Below are positions 48,187 to 62,503 of a stretch of DNA of 64,000 bases, piece by piece. This DNA comes from Xylographa opegraphella (lineage: Eukaryota). Numbering within the stretch: position 1 is the first letter of the stretch; the number at the start of each line of letters is the position of its first letter. The stretch is taken from NCBI GenBank assembly GCA_022813865.1, contig JALDZX010000040.1, positions 62,001 to 126,000 on the forward strand, read 5' to 3'. Under the pieces are notes generated by a model. The model had not been told where the DNA came from. It made no database searches and worked only from the letters and a program-made list of their open reading frames with translations. Position numbers and translations under genes: made by a program.

Positions 48187-51100
48187 CTAGAGAGTTAATA
48201 TCCGTGAACCATCTCCAAGAAATGATGCGCGATATGCCGTTATCTCCTGCGCCACTATATTGAAATCTGTGATTCTTCTGCTACGCATGTCGTGAATGAT
48301 CTGCTTGAGTCCACTGACGTACGCATTTCTTTCTTCTAGACTGCTGCCTTCATGAATTGATCCAAGCTGAACAAGAATCATGTCATCTGCGATTGTTAGA
48401 AGAATCTGTGTCAGCAGCTGAACAGTAGGAAACGAAGGGGCTGTGAATCCACAAGTGCATATGAAAAACGACAGGAAGTTCAACTATGAAGCGCCCATGA
48501 TGTTCAAGGTGTCATCGATATGTAGGAAGATGTTGTTCGCAATAAAACGCACCCGTCAAACTCATGCTTCTAAAATGCTGGTATTTGCAAGAATCATCGT
48601 TGCAAGTCCCTCCTGCAAGCTCCCATCTGCAGAGTGGCTCTTTGGGTTCAATTTTGTGACTGTAGGTCAAGGAACGAAATCCTCCATTGACTTCTGAGAC
48701 ATACTTTGGATGATAGCGGTAGGATGTAAATATATTCAAGGGACTCTGATACGGGGTAAAACGATCAGATTTGTGGCTCAGCGGGGCTTGAGACACCTGT
48801 ATCATATCAGTAAGTGGCCACTATCTGTAGGATTATTCCTACATTTCTGACATTGGACACGTTATGACCAGTGTCCTTACTTGCTATAATGTCCACAGCA
48901 GTCGGTGACTCGCGCGCTGAGATTAGCAACTCGGGAGTTACCCCTTCTTTTGACGCCTTATCCAGTTGTGGTGTCGGTGATCTCGGACTGAACATCTCTG
49001 TTTCTTGCGATGCTCGGTTATCTACAAGTTGAGGCTCCGGGGGTTCGTAATCATCAGAATCCTCAGACCCATCCGGTGACATACTACGAGAAATTTCTCC
49101 ATCTTCGAGCGAGCTGCTGTCGACCTCCGGGTGATCATACTCTTGTACCACATTACCTTGTCCCATTGACTCGACTTGCACTTGACCAGGTGGCAAGAGA
49201 TCCAAGCTCTCGTCATCAATCGAATGAGTGCTGTTGTTCCCTTCGGATGAGCGTTGGGATAGCAAGTCGTCCTCAAGTCGTGGCTCATACTCGTCATGCC
49301 CGAACTCGGATTCCATGCTATCGTGACGCTCAACATGGTCATGTAGGATGAGAGCATCAAGTTGTGCTTCGTCATTACTAACGCTAGATATGTCCATAAT
49401 TTCTTCAGCGCTTCCCGGACGTGAAGAAAGACTATTGTTCTTAGCGGTCATCTGGTCCTTATCGTCTTGCATTTCTTGAGGAATTGTCGACGCGATACTT
49501 GATGGGGTTATGGAATTTCGAATGAGTCTGGCTGGAGAGTCTTGAAGTATCCTCTGGCTATCTATATATGCAGGACGAGCGTAAGATACGGAATCAATTT
49601 TCACAGAGACGAAGATGAGTGGTTATTTTCTTCAATTTCGCTTACCTGGAAGTTTCGTAACGCCATCACCGAAATCCTGGACATGAGCTTCATTAGATGA
49701 AGCATTCTCCGAATTCTTGTCAATCTCAAGCGCCACAAGTAACATATCAAGCTCCTCCATTATTTTTCTCCGACCTTCGGATCCTCTTCGAAGTTCTGCC
49801 TCGAGCTCGATCCTTTCCCTGGAGATGTCATCGAGTTTACCCCTCGCGACTTGTATCTGAGCATCAAGTTCAGGTAAAGCAGCTTCCAGCGCCAGTCTAC
49901 GCTTTTCTCGATACTGTCGCTCAGTTTCCGTGGTAGCTCGCAAGGCCTCCATACGTTCGACCTCAGCCCTAGCGGAAACTGAAGCATGTGCAGTCTCTTC
50001 TGCCTCCAGCCGTCCTCTAACTGCTGTTTCAGTGGCCACCAGTACAGTCTTTTGATCCTCTAGTTCATTCTTGACTAGATCCAGTGCTCGTGTCTGCTTC
50101 TCAAGAATTAAAGAGCCGCTGCTGGACCTTGTCGGCGATGGATTTCTGACAATTGGCATACTTTGAAACCTCAAAGTCGTTGGACCTGGAGATGGTGCAC
50201 CGCTAGAGGTGAGTTTCGCTCTCTGTCGCTCTTCCTTTTCCGCAATCATCTGTTTTAATAACCGAATCTTTTCTTCGGTCTCTGTCAGCTCCTTAGGCTC
50301 AGCAGGTTTGCCAGGAATTTGCAAAGGTGCTGAACTGCTTGTATATGCTGTGTTTGAGGTGACAGGCCGTGAAATGAGATTTGTGAGCGGTGGAAGATCA
50401 CGTATGGCTTTTGGCTTGCTGGCTGATATTTGCGGCGGATGTAGAGGTTCCGTGGAAGAGTCTTGCACAACGTACTGATGATCCATTTCATCTCCCGCAA
50501 GTCCCTCATCGTCACTGACCTCAATAACGACCTCGATATGTCCATTAGAGCCAGCTCGTCTTTTGATATTATCGGCTGGACCATCGATAAAGTCTGCTGC
50601 TGTGGCACGTTTCCTACTTATGATTGGCGACGCAGTCTCAACTGTTGACGCAGCATCAATTCCGGTCATCGGGTCATTCATAGATTTCACTGATTTGGTG
50701 TCAGGTTGCTCATCCTGTACTCCAGGCTTTGGAAGGGTGAGGGGCCTTGTTCGGTTGTTCTGTTCCAAAGTCGAGGGACGTGGTGCCTGTTGAGCTGCAG
50801 CAGTGTTCACGTGAAACGCCGATTCGCGCGACACTGTTTGGGAATCGTCAGGAGGATATGACATGGATAATCCAGGGAGGCCCATGGAAGGCTTTCGTTC
50901 CAATGGTGCGAAGAAGGGTGTTGCAGGGGTGTATTGCTGGGCGGAATCAGGGAATGTAATAGGCTGGTCGACGGTCTGAGTTATGGGAAGCACAGAAGAC
51001 TGGCTTGTTGGGCAGGCAGATTCATCTCTTGATACTGGAGACACTATCTGTTGTGGTAAGAGTTCCTCGGTGTGAGACACAGCGGCACCATGTATTGGCG

Positions 51101-53011
51101 CCCCGTGAGCTTCGAGACCTCGACTCATTAGAGCTTCCATTTTACGCCTAGCCAAGTCTGTTGAGGCCTTCTTCTTTGCTTCGACATCGTCCGGAGTGGT
51201 CGGTGGTACTCTGCTTGGAAATGACAACGAGGCATCCGGGAGGGGACCCGCCGCCGCAACGTCTGGTAGATTTATACCTTGAGCGGGTTGAGGGTTCAGA
51301 GCTTTCGGGGGCTCCACGGACTTAGGCGATTTGAGTGCCGTAGCTTTACCGGCCTTAGCTGCTAACATCTTCGCAATGTAGTCCTTACGTTCGAGAGCCC
51401 GATCACCACTTGCGGCAGTTGCAGGAGATTTGTTCAGACCCACAATATTAGGCCTTGATGATTGCGAAGCTATTACTAGCGGGGAGCCGCTTTGAGTATC
51501 CTTGGGAGCCTCCGAAGAAGCCGGCACAGCGATAGCACAGCGTCCTGGAAGGCCCTGACTTCGGGCGGGTTGTGAGCTTTGAGCAGAGGAACTTGGCCCG
51601 GAGAAAGTGTGCGGTTTCATAACCGTAGGAGAAGATTTCGATATCGCTTGTGAACTTAAAGAAGCTTCAGGGATACTTGTGCTGATATTGGATTGAATAC
51701 TTTCAGAGATTGTCCCCTGAGGAGGATTTTGTCTTGTAGGTAATCGATTTTCAGGGTTTGTGGGACTGTCAGTGACTTTGATACCGATATCGTGATAAAG
51801 TCCTCTCAGTATTGACGCATCGATTCCTTCAGCCAGGAGACTCGCGTATCCAATCTGACCCCGATACAAGTCCGACAGAGCAGATTTGACTTGGCCACGA
51901 AGAATCTGATAGTCGGTGTCTGCGTCCCACTGCTCGGCTCCTGTGAAAGAACTCGAATAATGTGGGTCGTGCGAACCGGAGTCGGGGTCGAATCTTCGTT
52001 GTTCCGCAATGCTATTATTGCCTAAGTAGACTTTAGAGGAATCTTTCCGTGGCTCGACGTATTTTTGGTTTGTGGTAGCTGCAGAATTTCCTACAACACA
52101 AATCAGATCCATTCCTGGAAGAGAACTCGATCTGACCGCACCAATATTCACAATACGATTGGGAACCGCAGATGCCGCACCTGTTGTGTGAATGACCTTC
52201 GAGTAGTGCTGTGGCGATACCGGAAGTTCATGTTTTCTTGATGGTGAAAGTGAGTCCAGGCTCTGGTTGATATTTTCAATGCGGCCTATGGATAGTCAGC
52301 AATATCAACACAACAGGAAAGAGCTAGAAGACTTTTCTGCACCCCAACCGTTTCTGTATCGGGCTGCCGAAGCTGAGCTACCGGTGGCACTGTCACTTCT
52401 CGTTCTTGAACTGACATACCTTGCTGCTGCTCATCCTGTTGTAGAGAGCCGGAGTCGCTTGGATTTTGACCTTTTTCGGCGTCACTGAGCTCTCCGTCCT
52501 CTCTATCAATACCAGATGCTGCGACCGCTGTTCCACTCGTCATGGGTCTGTCAATTGATTCTATGGGTGAAGGAGGTTTCGGTGGAAGTCCAGCTGGAGG
52601 GACAAAATGTCCAGGACTGGAAAGTAGAGCGACTGAGCCAGCTGGTCGTTGTGGCGCAAAGTTATGGGAAGGGACGGGGATTGGAGGAAACGGTGGTGGA
52701 GGTATGCCATTTGCAGCATGAGATGCATAGTTCGCATAATAGGAGTATGGTAGAACAGGAGGTGGACCACTACCAGGTGGAACATTGTGTGAAAATGGAG
52801 AACTTGTACTGTAATTGTATGGGTTGCTGAAATGTGGAGGCTGATAGTTTTGGGGCGGTGGTACGGGAGGTAGCCCACGAAGTGCAGGGAAAGACGTCTG
52901 TGGCATCATTCCGTAAGGCCCAATCTGCTGCTGAGGCGGTACGGGTGGTGGAAAGTGGCCATTGTAGTTGAACGGACCCCCATAGTGAGGTATGCCGTGA
53001 TAGTTGGACAT
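48187..53011 (-). CDS. red1: Red1/ZFC3H1-like protein (Pro-rich N-terminus, coiled coil, C-terminal zf-C3H1); about 5 exons
   Basis: Co-linear minus-strand ORFs joined by introns (e.g. 52419-52286). Motifs ERKDYIAKMLAAK and KRATAADF, a coiled coil, and FTPYQSPL...RYHPKY...GFRSLTYSHKI...LCRWELAGGTCNDDSCKYQHF...DDMILVQLG, typical of the fungal Red1 family. Confidence 0.8.
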
Positions 53012-53643
53012 TGATCGTGCGTAAGCATCCAGACACCAGACTATCTGGGAGACAAAGCGCGCATACTTTTCCTGTCTGTTAGCAACCTTAATCTCGGCGT
53101 CAATCTATCCGAAGATAGTGTATAGGAATACGACAAAGATAGAAGGAAAACAGAAGAAGAAAACTACGCTTTCGTGGCAAAAGACGGCAATGTCGTGGTG
53201 TCGGGCCAACTCTGTCAAGAGAGCAGCAAATGCGAGAATGTCGTCAGCAAGAAAACGAAACCGACGCTGGCTGGTCTTCTGCATAGACAATATCATGGGG
53301 CGTTGTCTCTATGATGGAGGGAATGGTGATTGAGCAATGTTCTAGTCGCAACTTTTCGTCGAGTCTTTTCCGGCTTATTATTACAAGCCCTACGGATATC
53401 TTGACGCGGTGCCTGAAGTGGTTAGCCCCATTTTTCGGTTTGTTTACTTTAGTCGGGAATTGGGAAAGCATTCGCACATATTCCCGGGATGGGAAACATC
53501 GTCCTCTTTTTGTTGTCTGGACTGAACAATTTGAGAAATGACGTTTCTGCTAATCGGTAATTACTGTGGCCGTTGATTGCCTTCTTGGTCTTGACCACGA
53601 GTGTACTTCTGTTCCTTAATATAGGGTGTTGTGCTCGAGCAGG

Positions 53644-56600
53644 ATGGCTACATCCACCACGAATGTTGCCAAACGGCGCAACAATCCCTTCGTACGAGAC
53701 TCCACGTCGCCTTCGCCTGCGCCTCCGTTCTTGCAAGACAGGCCAAAATCCATGAGCTTCACTTCCGCCCCGTTGACTTCGAGTCCTGGTCATAGTCGAA
53801 ACCAGTCCTTCTCTCCACTGAGCGGCTCAAACCTAGCGCCTCCAAGGACATCAAGACAGCGATCGATTTCAGTCCGGTCGAGCAATCAAATGTCAAACAC
53901 CTTTGCGCCACAATTTATCAAAACAGAAGAGTTACAGCAAGACACTGAGCGCGTGAGGAGTATAGAAGGAGAGAACGATTTCTCGGGGAAAAGATATGTA
54001 TGGGTTAAAGATCCCTCATTGGCATTTGTGCGAGGGTGGGTAGTAGAGGAGTTGGACCGAAGTCAGTTGCTCATACAATGCGATGACGGGAGTGTATGAG
54101 TTCCAATGTACGGCCGATTGATATTAGTTACTAATCAAAAAGACAGCAACGGAAGGTTGACTCCGATAGTACTGATAAAGTCAATCCTGCGAAGTTCGAC
54201 AAGGCAGACGATATGGCTGAGCTTACCCATCTCAACGAAGCTTCTGTCGTTCACAATCTGCACATGAGATACCAAGCGGATCTAATCTACGTATGGCCAT
54301 TGTCAAGTAACGACGGCTGTATAAATTCTAACAGATATATAGACATATTCAGGACTTTTTCTGGTGACGGTAAACCCTTATTGCCCTTTACCGATATACT
54401 CGAATGAGTACATCAAGATGTACAAAGGGCGTAGCAGGGACGATACGAAACCTCACATTTATGCAATGGCAGACGGTGCCTTCCGAAGCTTGGTCGAGGA
54501 GGGAGAAAATCAAAGCATCCTTGTGACGTATGGACTGCAGTTCGCGTTTTTGGAAGATACAATACTAACTCTATGTACAGGGGTGAATCAGGTGCAGGGA
54601 AGACAGAGAACACGAAAAAGGTCATTCAGTATCTTGCAGCGGTAGCAACCTCGGACACGCCAAGCGGTCGATCCGGAGTACGGCAGCTCACAAATCTCTC
54701 GCAGCAAATTCTAAGAGCAAATCCTATTCTGGAGGCGTTTGGCAATGCTCAGACTGTACGTAACAACAACTCTTCACGATTCGGGAAATTCATACGTATT
54801 GAATTCACCAAATCGGGCCAAATCGTTGGAGCATTCGTAGATTGGTACTTGCTAGAGAAATCCAGGGTAGTAAAGCTGAATGCAACAGAAAGAAATTACC
54901 ACGTTTTTTACCAGCTCATGAAAGGCTCCAGCAAGCAGATGAAAGCGGATTTCCTCCTTGAAGGACTGGATGTCGAAGATTTCGCTTACCTAAGGGAAGG
55001 AAATGACATTATTGCCGGAGTTTCGGATCTGGAGGAATGGAACAGCTTGATCGAGGCCTTCCATGTCATGGGATTCTCCGAAACGGATCAAAAAGCTGTT
55101 TTTCGCACCGTCGCGGCAGTACTCCATCTCGGAAACGTTACAGTAATGAAAGAAAGTATACGAGCCGATCAAGCTAGCCTGACCAAAGATGCACACGCCC
55201 AGGCAGAGAAGGTATGCAATCTGCTTGGGATCTCAACAGAGGCCTTCATAAAGGGCCTGCTTCATCCAATGGTAAAGGCGGGTAGAGAGTGGGTCGAGAA
55301 GGTACAAACTCCGGAGCAAGTGAGAGCCGGAATAGACGCGCTTGCTAAAGGGATCTACGAACGTGCCTTCGGAGACCTTGTAATGAAAATCAACCGCCAA
55401 TTGAATCGGACTGGGATGGGACTTGATGATTCTCATTTTATTGGAGTTCTTGACATTGCTGGCTTCGAAATCTTTGAGAGTAACAGCTTCGAGCAGCTAT
55501 GTATCAATTACACGAATGAAAAGCTACAACAATTCTTCAATCATCACATGTTTGTTCTAGAACAAGAAGAGTATGCCCGGGAACAAATCGAGTGGACGTT
55601 CATCGACTTTGGTAAGGACCTTCAGCCTACTATTGATCTAATAGAACTGCCTAATCCTATTGGCATATTTTCCTGTCTCGATGAGGATTCTGTTATGCCT
55701 AAAGCCACCGACAAGTCATTCACGGAGAAGATGCACTCGCTCTGGGATCGAAAAACCAACAAATACAGACCTTCTCGACTGGCTCAGGGGTTCATACTTA
55801 CTCACTATGCTGCTGAAGTCGAATATTCTACGGATGGCTGGCTGGAAAAGAATAAGGATCCGTTGAATGACAACATAACTCGGCTGCTTGCCACATCAAA
55901 TGAAAAGCATGTTGCGAGCCTCTTCTCGGACTGTGCAGACCTTGATGATGACAATGGGCTTTCTCGGAGTAGAGTAAAGAAAGGTCTTTTCAGGACGGTT
56001 GCACAGCGCCACAAAGAACAGCTGTCGAGCTTGATGAACCAGCTACATTCAACGCATCCCCACTTTGTGCGCTGCATTTTACCAAACCACAAGAAAAGGC
56101 CGAAGCAGTTTAATGCTCCTTTAGTCCTAGATCAGCTTCGTTGCAACGGTGTTCTGGAAGGAATCCGTATCGCACGCACAGGCTTCCCCAATAGATTGCC
56201 TTTCTCAGAGTTTCGCCAACGATACGAAGTCCTCTGTCGAAACATGCCAGGAGGTTACCTCGAGGGCCAAGAAGCTGCTCAGCTCATACTGGAGCGATTG
56301 AACCTCGACAAGTCATTCTACCGCGTTGGTCTGACGAAGGTGTTCTTCAGAGCTGGGGTTTTGGCAGACTTAGAGGAACAACGGGACACCCTGATCCGTG
56401 AGATCATGTCAAGATTCCAATCTGTAGCGCGAGGTTTCATTCAGCGAAGAATTACCTATAAGCGCCTATACAGAGCCGAGGCAACGCGCATTATACACCA
56501 CAATTTCAGAGTTTATCTTGATCTTACAAACAACCCTTGGTGGAGACTCTTTGTGAGAATGAGACCATTATTGGGGGCAACACGAACGGCGGGAGAAGTC

Positions 56601-59600
56601 AAGAAGCGGGACGAAATGATAGAGAAGCTCCAAGTACTTGTGCAGGCAGAGGTCTTCGAGCGACAGAGGATAGAGGATGATCGAAGACGAGCAGATACTG
56701 AAGTCCAGCGTGTTCAACAGACATTAGAAAGCGAACGTGCTTTAGCGCTAGACAAGGAGGAAATTTTCAAGCGATTGCAGCAACGCGAGGCAGAGCTAAG
56801 CGACAAATTAGCAGGAGCTATCGAAGATCAGGAACATCTGGAGGACCAGCTGGATGGTTTGATTGAGGCCAAAAAAGGAGCCGAAGAGCAAGCCAACAAT
56901 TGGCGTGGTCAACTGGAACAGGCGGGTTTGATCATTGGCCGACTGGAGAGCGAGAAGAAGGAGTTACACGACCAACTGTCAGATCTTGAAGAGCGGATTG
57001 CCGAGCATGACCGCAATCATTCCCAACAGCACGAACGAGCGGAAGAACTTTTCAGAGACAAAAGGATGCTGGAAAGTCAGCTCCACTTACAGGAGCGCAA
57101 GGTCGCAGATCTAGAGGGGAAACTCCTCACCTCAGATCAAGACCTTGACATCAAGCTGGCTAGTTCAACAAAGGAGCTTCAAGTTTCCAGGAAGCAGATC
57201 AAGGAACTCTTCGACGAAAATCGGCAAATTCGACAACAATTGTTGGAATTGTCGACCACATCCACGGGCTTCGAGGACATTTTACGGCGTAAGGAAATTG
57301 AGCTTGCTATCTTTAAGGCCAATGAATCACGGCATGATGCTGAGATGAAGGCACTCGATAATGAGAGGAATAATTTGAAGTCAAGACATGATACAATTCA
57401 GAATCGACTGAGAGAAGTACAAAGTGAAGCTGATGCTACCAAGTTACAAAAAACACGATTGGAGAAGGAAGCCGCGGATACTAAGAAACTGCTCGAAGCC
57501 AAGCTCTCCGAAGATACGCAAGCTGGTAATAGTCGTCGTGTGCTCGACGAACATATCAAAGATCTCAAGGAGCAGCTTTTCCAGGTTCAGGCGGAGTTGA
57601 GTAGGGAACGGCAATCAAGGGATGATGTCCAGATGCTCGGTGAACACAAGCTTTCAATTATGAAGGAAGAGTTTGACAACTTGAACGAATCCAAGATTAC
57701 GATTGAGAAAGAATTATATGTTCAGCAAGATACTCTGCGACGCGCGATGGAAGCCCGTACCGTCGCTGAGAATGGTCGAAAAGAATTACAGCTAGAGCTC
57801 AAGAAGTTGCGCGAACGTTTTACAGAGGTTGAAACCATGAGAAATGAAGCTGAGGCAGCTGCAGAACGTAGTCTTTCTCGCCAAGCTAATGAGAGGCAAG
57901 CTTCAATACGTAAAGAGCTCGAAATCAAACAGATTCAGCTTGTAGAGGTATTAGCTGATAGAGAGCGGCTAGCAACCGAAGTGCAAAATCTGTCGGCCGT
58001 GATTGCAGATTCAGACAACTTCCGCAGTAGGGACGACCAGCACAAGGAGCGGCTGGAGAGAGAATTGGTAACCGTTAAGGGCCGACTAGCTGCGTCAGAG
58101 AACGACAACCGTGCTCTGCTAAACAAAATCCAGCAGAAGAACCTTGATATAGCTAGGTCCAATTCAAGGGCAGGAGACTCGCAACGGTCACGGCTCTTGC
58201 AATTGCAGACGGACAAATCTAAACTCGAGGAAGAGAATAAGAGAATTGCCCAGCAGTTAGGCGATGCACAGCTGTCAATCTCATCATTGGAGAAGCAAAA
58301 GGAAAAGCTTGCCCTAAGTCTGGAAGATATCAATCATGAAGTAGCCAGGGAACACAAAGCCAGCCGTAATGCAGAAAAGACTTCTTCCACTATTGCAATA
58401 CAATTAGCAGAATCAAACCGGAATCTTGAAACTGAACGGCAGTTGAAAACCCAGGCGCAAGGGAATACACGAAAGCTACAAGCACACCTCGATGATGCTA
58501 ACAAAGAGATCAGCGAGTGTCACCGGCAGCTCGTGCTTCTCCACAAGGTCTTCGATCCCGAATGTGACGAATGTGCACCAACTTGGGAGAGTATTCAACC
58601 CCGTCTCTCTAAGTCGGTCGATCTGGCTCAAGAGTTAGAAGCCGCTCAGCAGGCGCTACGGGTTACTCAAGAGAAATGGAATCGTGCAGAAAGTCAGTTG
58701 CAGGAACTTCGACGCCGTCACGAGGATGACATGAACGAGATGGACGTTCGTCATTCTGTTTCGAAGCGCAATCTTTTGGAGGAAATCAATCTGAATACCC
58801 TCCATACGAATAGATCACCAACACATGCAAGGAAAGGAGCCGAATTGAAGCCACTCTCGAACATTTCAACACCAGATCGCCGTCAAACCAGCAATACCAC
58901 CAACGATTCCGGCCGGTCCGATCGCACTGTAGACACCATTTCCTATAACAAACGAATGGACTTAGCATCGGAGCTTGAGCTGGTGCAAAATCAATTGCAA
59001 ATGACTGAAATGCAGAACCGCCATCTTAAAAACCAGCTTGGACGATCAACGCCCTTGAACGACACATGGCAGGATGAGAGTCCTTCTGTACGGCGAGTCC
59101 AGAAGCTTGAAAAAGAGAATACTCGACTTCATGAGAAGCTTGATGATTCTGCTAGGAAGGTATCTGCCTTGGAAAGATCCCTACATTCAGGCGAATTGTC
59201 CCTGCGAGACGTTCAGGCAAAATCGCATGAGGAACTTTATGATCTCCTGAACTCACAAGAAAGTGCGCGAAAATCTTTGCTGCATGTGCACAATGACACT
59301 GTCGCCGAACTTGCTGATGCCAAATCACACTTTGACAATCTTAGACAAGCCAAGGCTTCGCTAGAAGTAGAACTTCGTGATGCGAAGTCAGACCTCCAAG
59401 AGCTTTCCATAGCTAGTGAAAATAACGCTGCCAGTCGGGGTCAACTCCTACAGGAATTTTCTGATTTACAAATCCGGCTTGATGCAGAAACTTCAAAGCT
59501 TTTGGATGTGACTTCTAGCCTTAGTCTATATAAAGCTCGCGCTGACGAATATTTTGGGAAGCTTGAACAGGCAGAGCTGGCTGTACTGAAAGCTTCGAGA

Positions 59601-61093
59601 GCCGAGCAGTTTGCAAAATCACAGGCTCGGGAAGCAGAGGATACTTGTGCTACTATCATGTCAGAAAGAAAACAGATGGATGCTCTCGTGGAAGATTTGC
59701 AGAGACAGACTCAGCATTACGAAGAGAGGGTGGAAGACTTAGCTGCTGATTTGGATGGTGCTATGCAGGCAAAGAAGCGCCTTCAACATGAGCTCGAGGA
59801 CTACCGCAGTCAGCGAGCAATGGACGTAGAGGATAAAGAGATGTCCCTCGAGCAAACAAGGAAAAAATACCAGAACGAATTTTCCTCTCTGACTAACGAG
59901 CTTGAGATCGAGCGGGACAATGTTATTCATGCACGTGCTGAGAACACCCAACTTCGAGATGAATTGGAAGAGCTGCGGTCGAAGTGGGACGATGAGGTCT
60001 TGAACAGCTCTACATGGGCAAAGGAGAAAGCTAGGCTCGAGATGACATTACAGGACCTGTCTACTTCCCGCGAGGAAGCTGTTGCAGCTCATAACGACGC
60101 GCAAAGTAAGATCGTTTCTTTACTATCACAAGTGCGCAATCTCCGCACTACGACAGACGACTTATCTTCTGAACGTGACCTTCTCATCAAAGAGAAGCGA
60201 AATCTTGAAAGCCGTCTCGCAGAGGCAGGTGCTCGACTTGAGGATCTGACTCATGGCGAAAGTCCCGCCATACGAAATGCAGCTGGTATGGACCGCGAGC
60301 TACTGGACCTGAAATCGCAGCTGGCGCAGAAAGAAGACATAGCAGAAGCAGCGATTGGGAAAATGAGAAGAGCAGAGGCTTTGGCACTCGAGATGCAAAA
60401 GGACGTTGTTGCCGAGCGTGAGACGACTGTCAGCCTGCATCGCGACAAGGCGTCACTGGAAAAAAGTCTCAAAGATCTTCAAGGGAAAGTGGTGGAGTTG
60501 GAGACAAAAGGTTTCTCAAGTGCGAGCCAAGACGTCAGGTTCCTGAATGGAAGGGTTAAGGAAGTAAGTCTGCTACCGTATGAGCATATTCATCAACAAA
60601 GAACGAAGTACTAATTCGTCACTGTACCTAGCTGGAGAAACAACTCGAGGATCGGGAGTCCGCCCAGTCACTAACAGCTCGCTCAGCCCGTAACATTGAT
60701 CGCACCGTCCGCGACCTACAGACTCAAATCGAAAGGCGTGACAAGCAGAATGCCCAGCTCGAAGACGACATATCCAAATCGCGAGATAAAATAGAAAGAC
60801 TCCTCTCGACAATTGATGAGCTCCAATCAGATGACTCCAAAAACCAACTTGCTGCCCGAAGGGCTGAAAGAGACTTGCGTCAGGAAAAGGAGAAGGCTTT
60901 GAGACTTGAGAGAGAACTGGAGGGATGGAAGAGCTTGAGAGTAGAAAGGGGTTTGCTAGGAAGTGTTGCTGGCAGAGGGAGTGAAGACGGCAGAATTGGT
61001 GGTAGGAAGTCAAGCCTTGTCGGGAGCCTACGGGCCGGCCACGAAGGGACCGCTGTGAAGAGGAACGTTAGTAATAGCAAAGGCTTTCTATGA
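53644..61093 (+). CDS. MYO1: Type II myosin heavy chain (SH3-like N-terminal domain, motor, IQ region, long coiled-coil tail); about 5 exons
   Basis: VNPAKFDKADDMAELTHLNEASV, GESGAGKTENTKKVIQY, LEAFGNAQTVRNNNSSRFGKF, DIAGFE, FEQLCINYTNEKLQQFF, QLRCNGVLEGIRI, then a >1200-aa heptad tail. Introns at ~54094-54146, ~54291-54341, ~54527-54580, ~60564-60631. Confidence 0.97.
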
Positions 61094-62503
61094 TCATTAC
61101 GATCGAGCGCAACGTTTGGGCCAAATGTGAGGATGGATCCATGGTGCATAATAGGGGTTAGTGTTGCATTGCATTTGTCGGCGTATGATGTATCCTCCAC
61201 CTTGGAGGATTTCGGAGTAACATTCAGTGTCAATTTACGAGACAACGGTCTCTCATATATAATATAGTATTATAGCTGTATGTATATGTAACAGTCATTG
61301 ATGAAGCTGACTCGCCTTTTGATTATGATTACCAAGGGAAGCAAGATCGGGTTGGGCGAGTTCTAGACTACAGCATAATCCTCAATCTGACCTCCATTAA
61401 CTGGGGAAGCAAGCTACGACTTCAGGGATTTTCTGACGATATCAAAAGTTACATTTCACAAGTCACCTCAAGCTCATCATCTGGGTTTCAATGTTGTTGA
61501 GAATGAACTGTGGCTAGCATCCACACCGAGGAAGATAGGCCATCTAGCTTATACAGGTATACTCCGATCACAGGGCTCAGACAAACAACTGCGAAGTTCA
61601 TACGTTTTTCAACCAGAAGCGTTCTTTATAAAATGGTGAGAGCACATGTATGGACTTAGGGACTCCAAGCTCTGCATAACATGTGGCCTGAAGCGTAGAC
61701 TAGTGCCCGTGTGAGTACTCTAAGGATCTTGACTTTTGCTGCAGGCAGGGGCTATCTGTCCCACTTGCACGGCATTGGGGAGACAGTTTAAGCGAGCTTT
61801 TCTATTGGAATCAATACAGAAATCAAGGTAGTAAGCGATAGTGCGGCTCGGAAGAACTTCCATGCTCAAAACACCTACTGGCCTTGATCTAATATAACTC
61901 GCAGAGAGGCTGAGAAGCATAGGCAGGTAGAGAAAAGGCTAATCGACTATTGTGAGGAACAGGATCGTGATCTCGGAGCCGAGTGCAGCTCGTGAGTTAC
62001 CCACACTTTCGAAGGGATTCCAGGTGCTAAAGGGTCTCCCGCCTGCATTTAACATCGTCGTTCAGTCATGGCACTTCCATGCTCTTGAAGCGCGAGGAGA
62101 ACATGACTGTAGATATTAATTGATCTAAGGATATCTGTTCTTTCACTCGCACATAAGCGATTGTATCAAAACATTTTTATGACAAGAAACATCGTACACA
62201 GTGCAGCCAGAACGACCAGTACGTTACTAGACTTAGGACTTCGTTACACAAGGATAAGAGGAATGCGTAAATGATAGCAGTGAAATGTACGACTGAAAGC
62301 TCTGGATTGATTGCAGGTTCAACGATGCGTTCAAGGAGAACGAGGTTACGTCTTCTACTAGTCTCTAGGTCTACTTTTGGTTTAGTGATGTTCCTCCTAT
62401 AGCTCAGCCTGGACCTAAGTTCGCAGACGCAACAGTATATCTTCAGGTGAGAGGGCGGACATGATGGGCGGAAGGTCGCAATGCTCTATGTCCCTTTCAT
62501 CTG

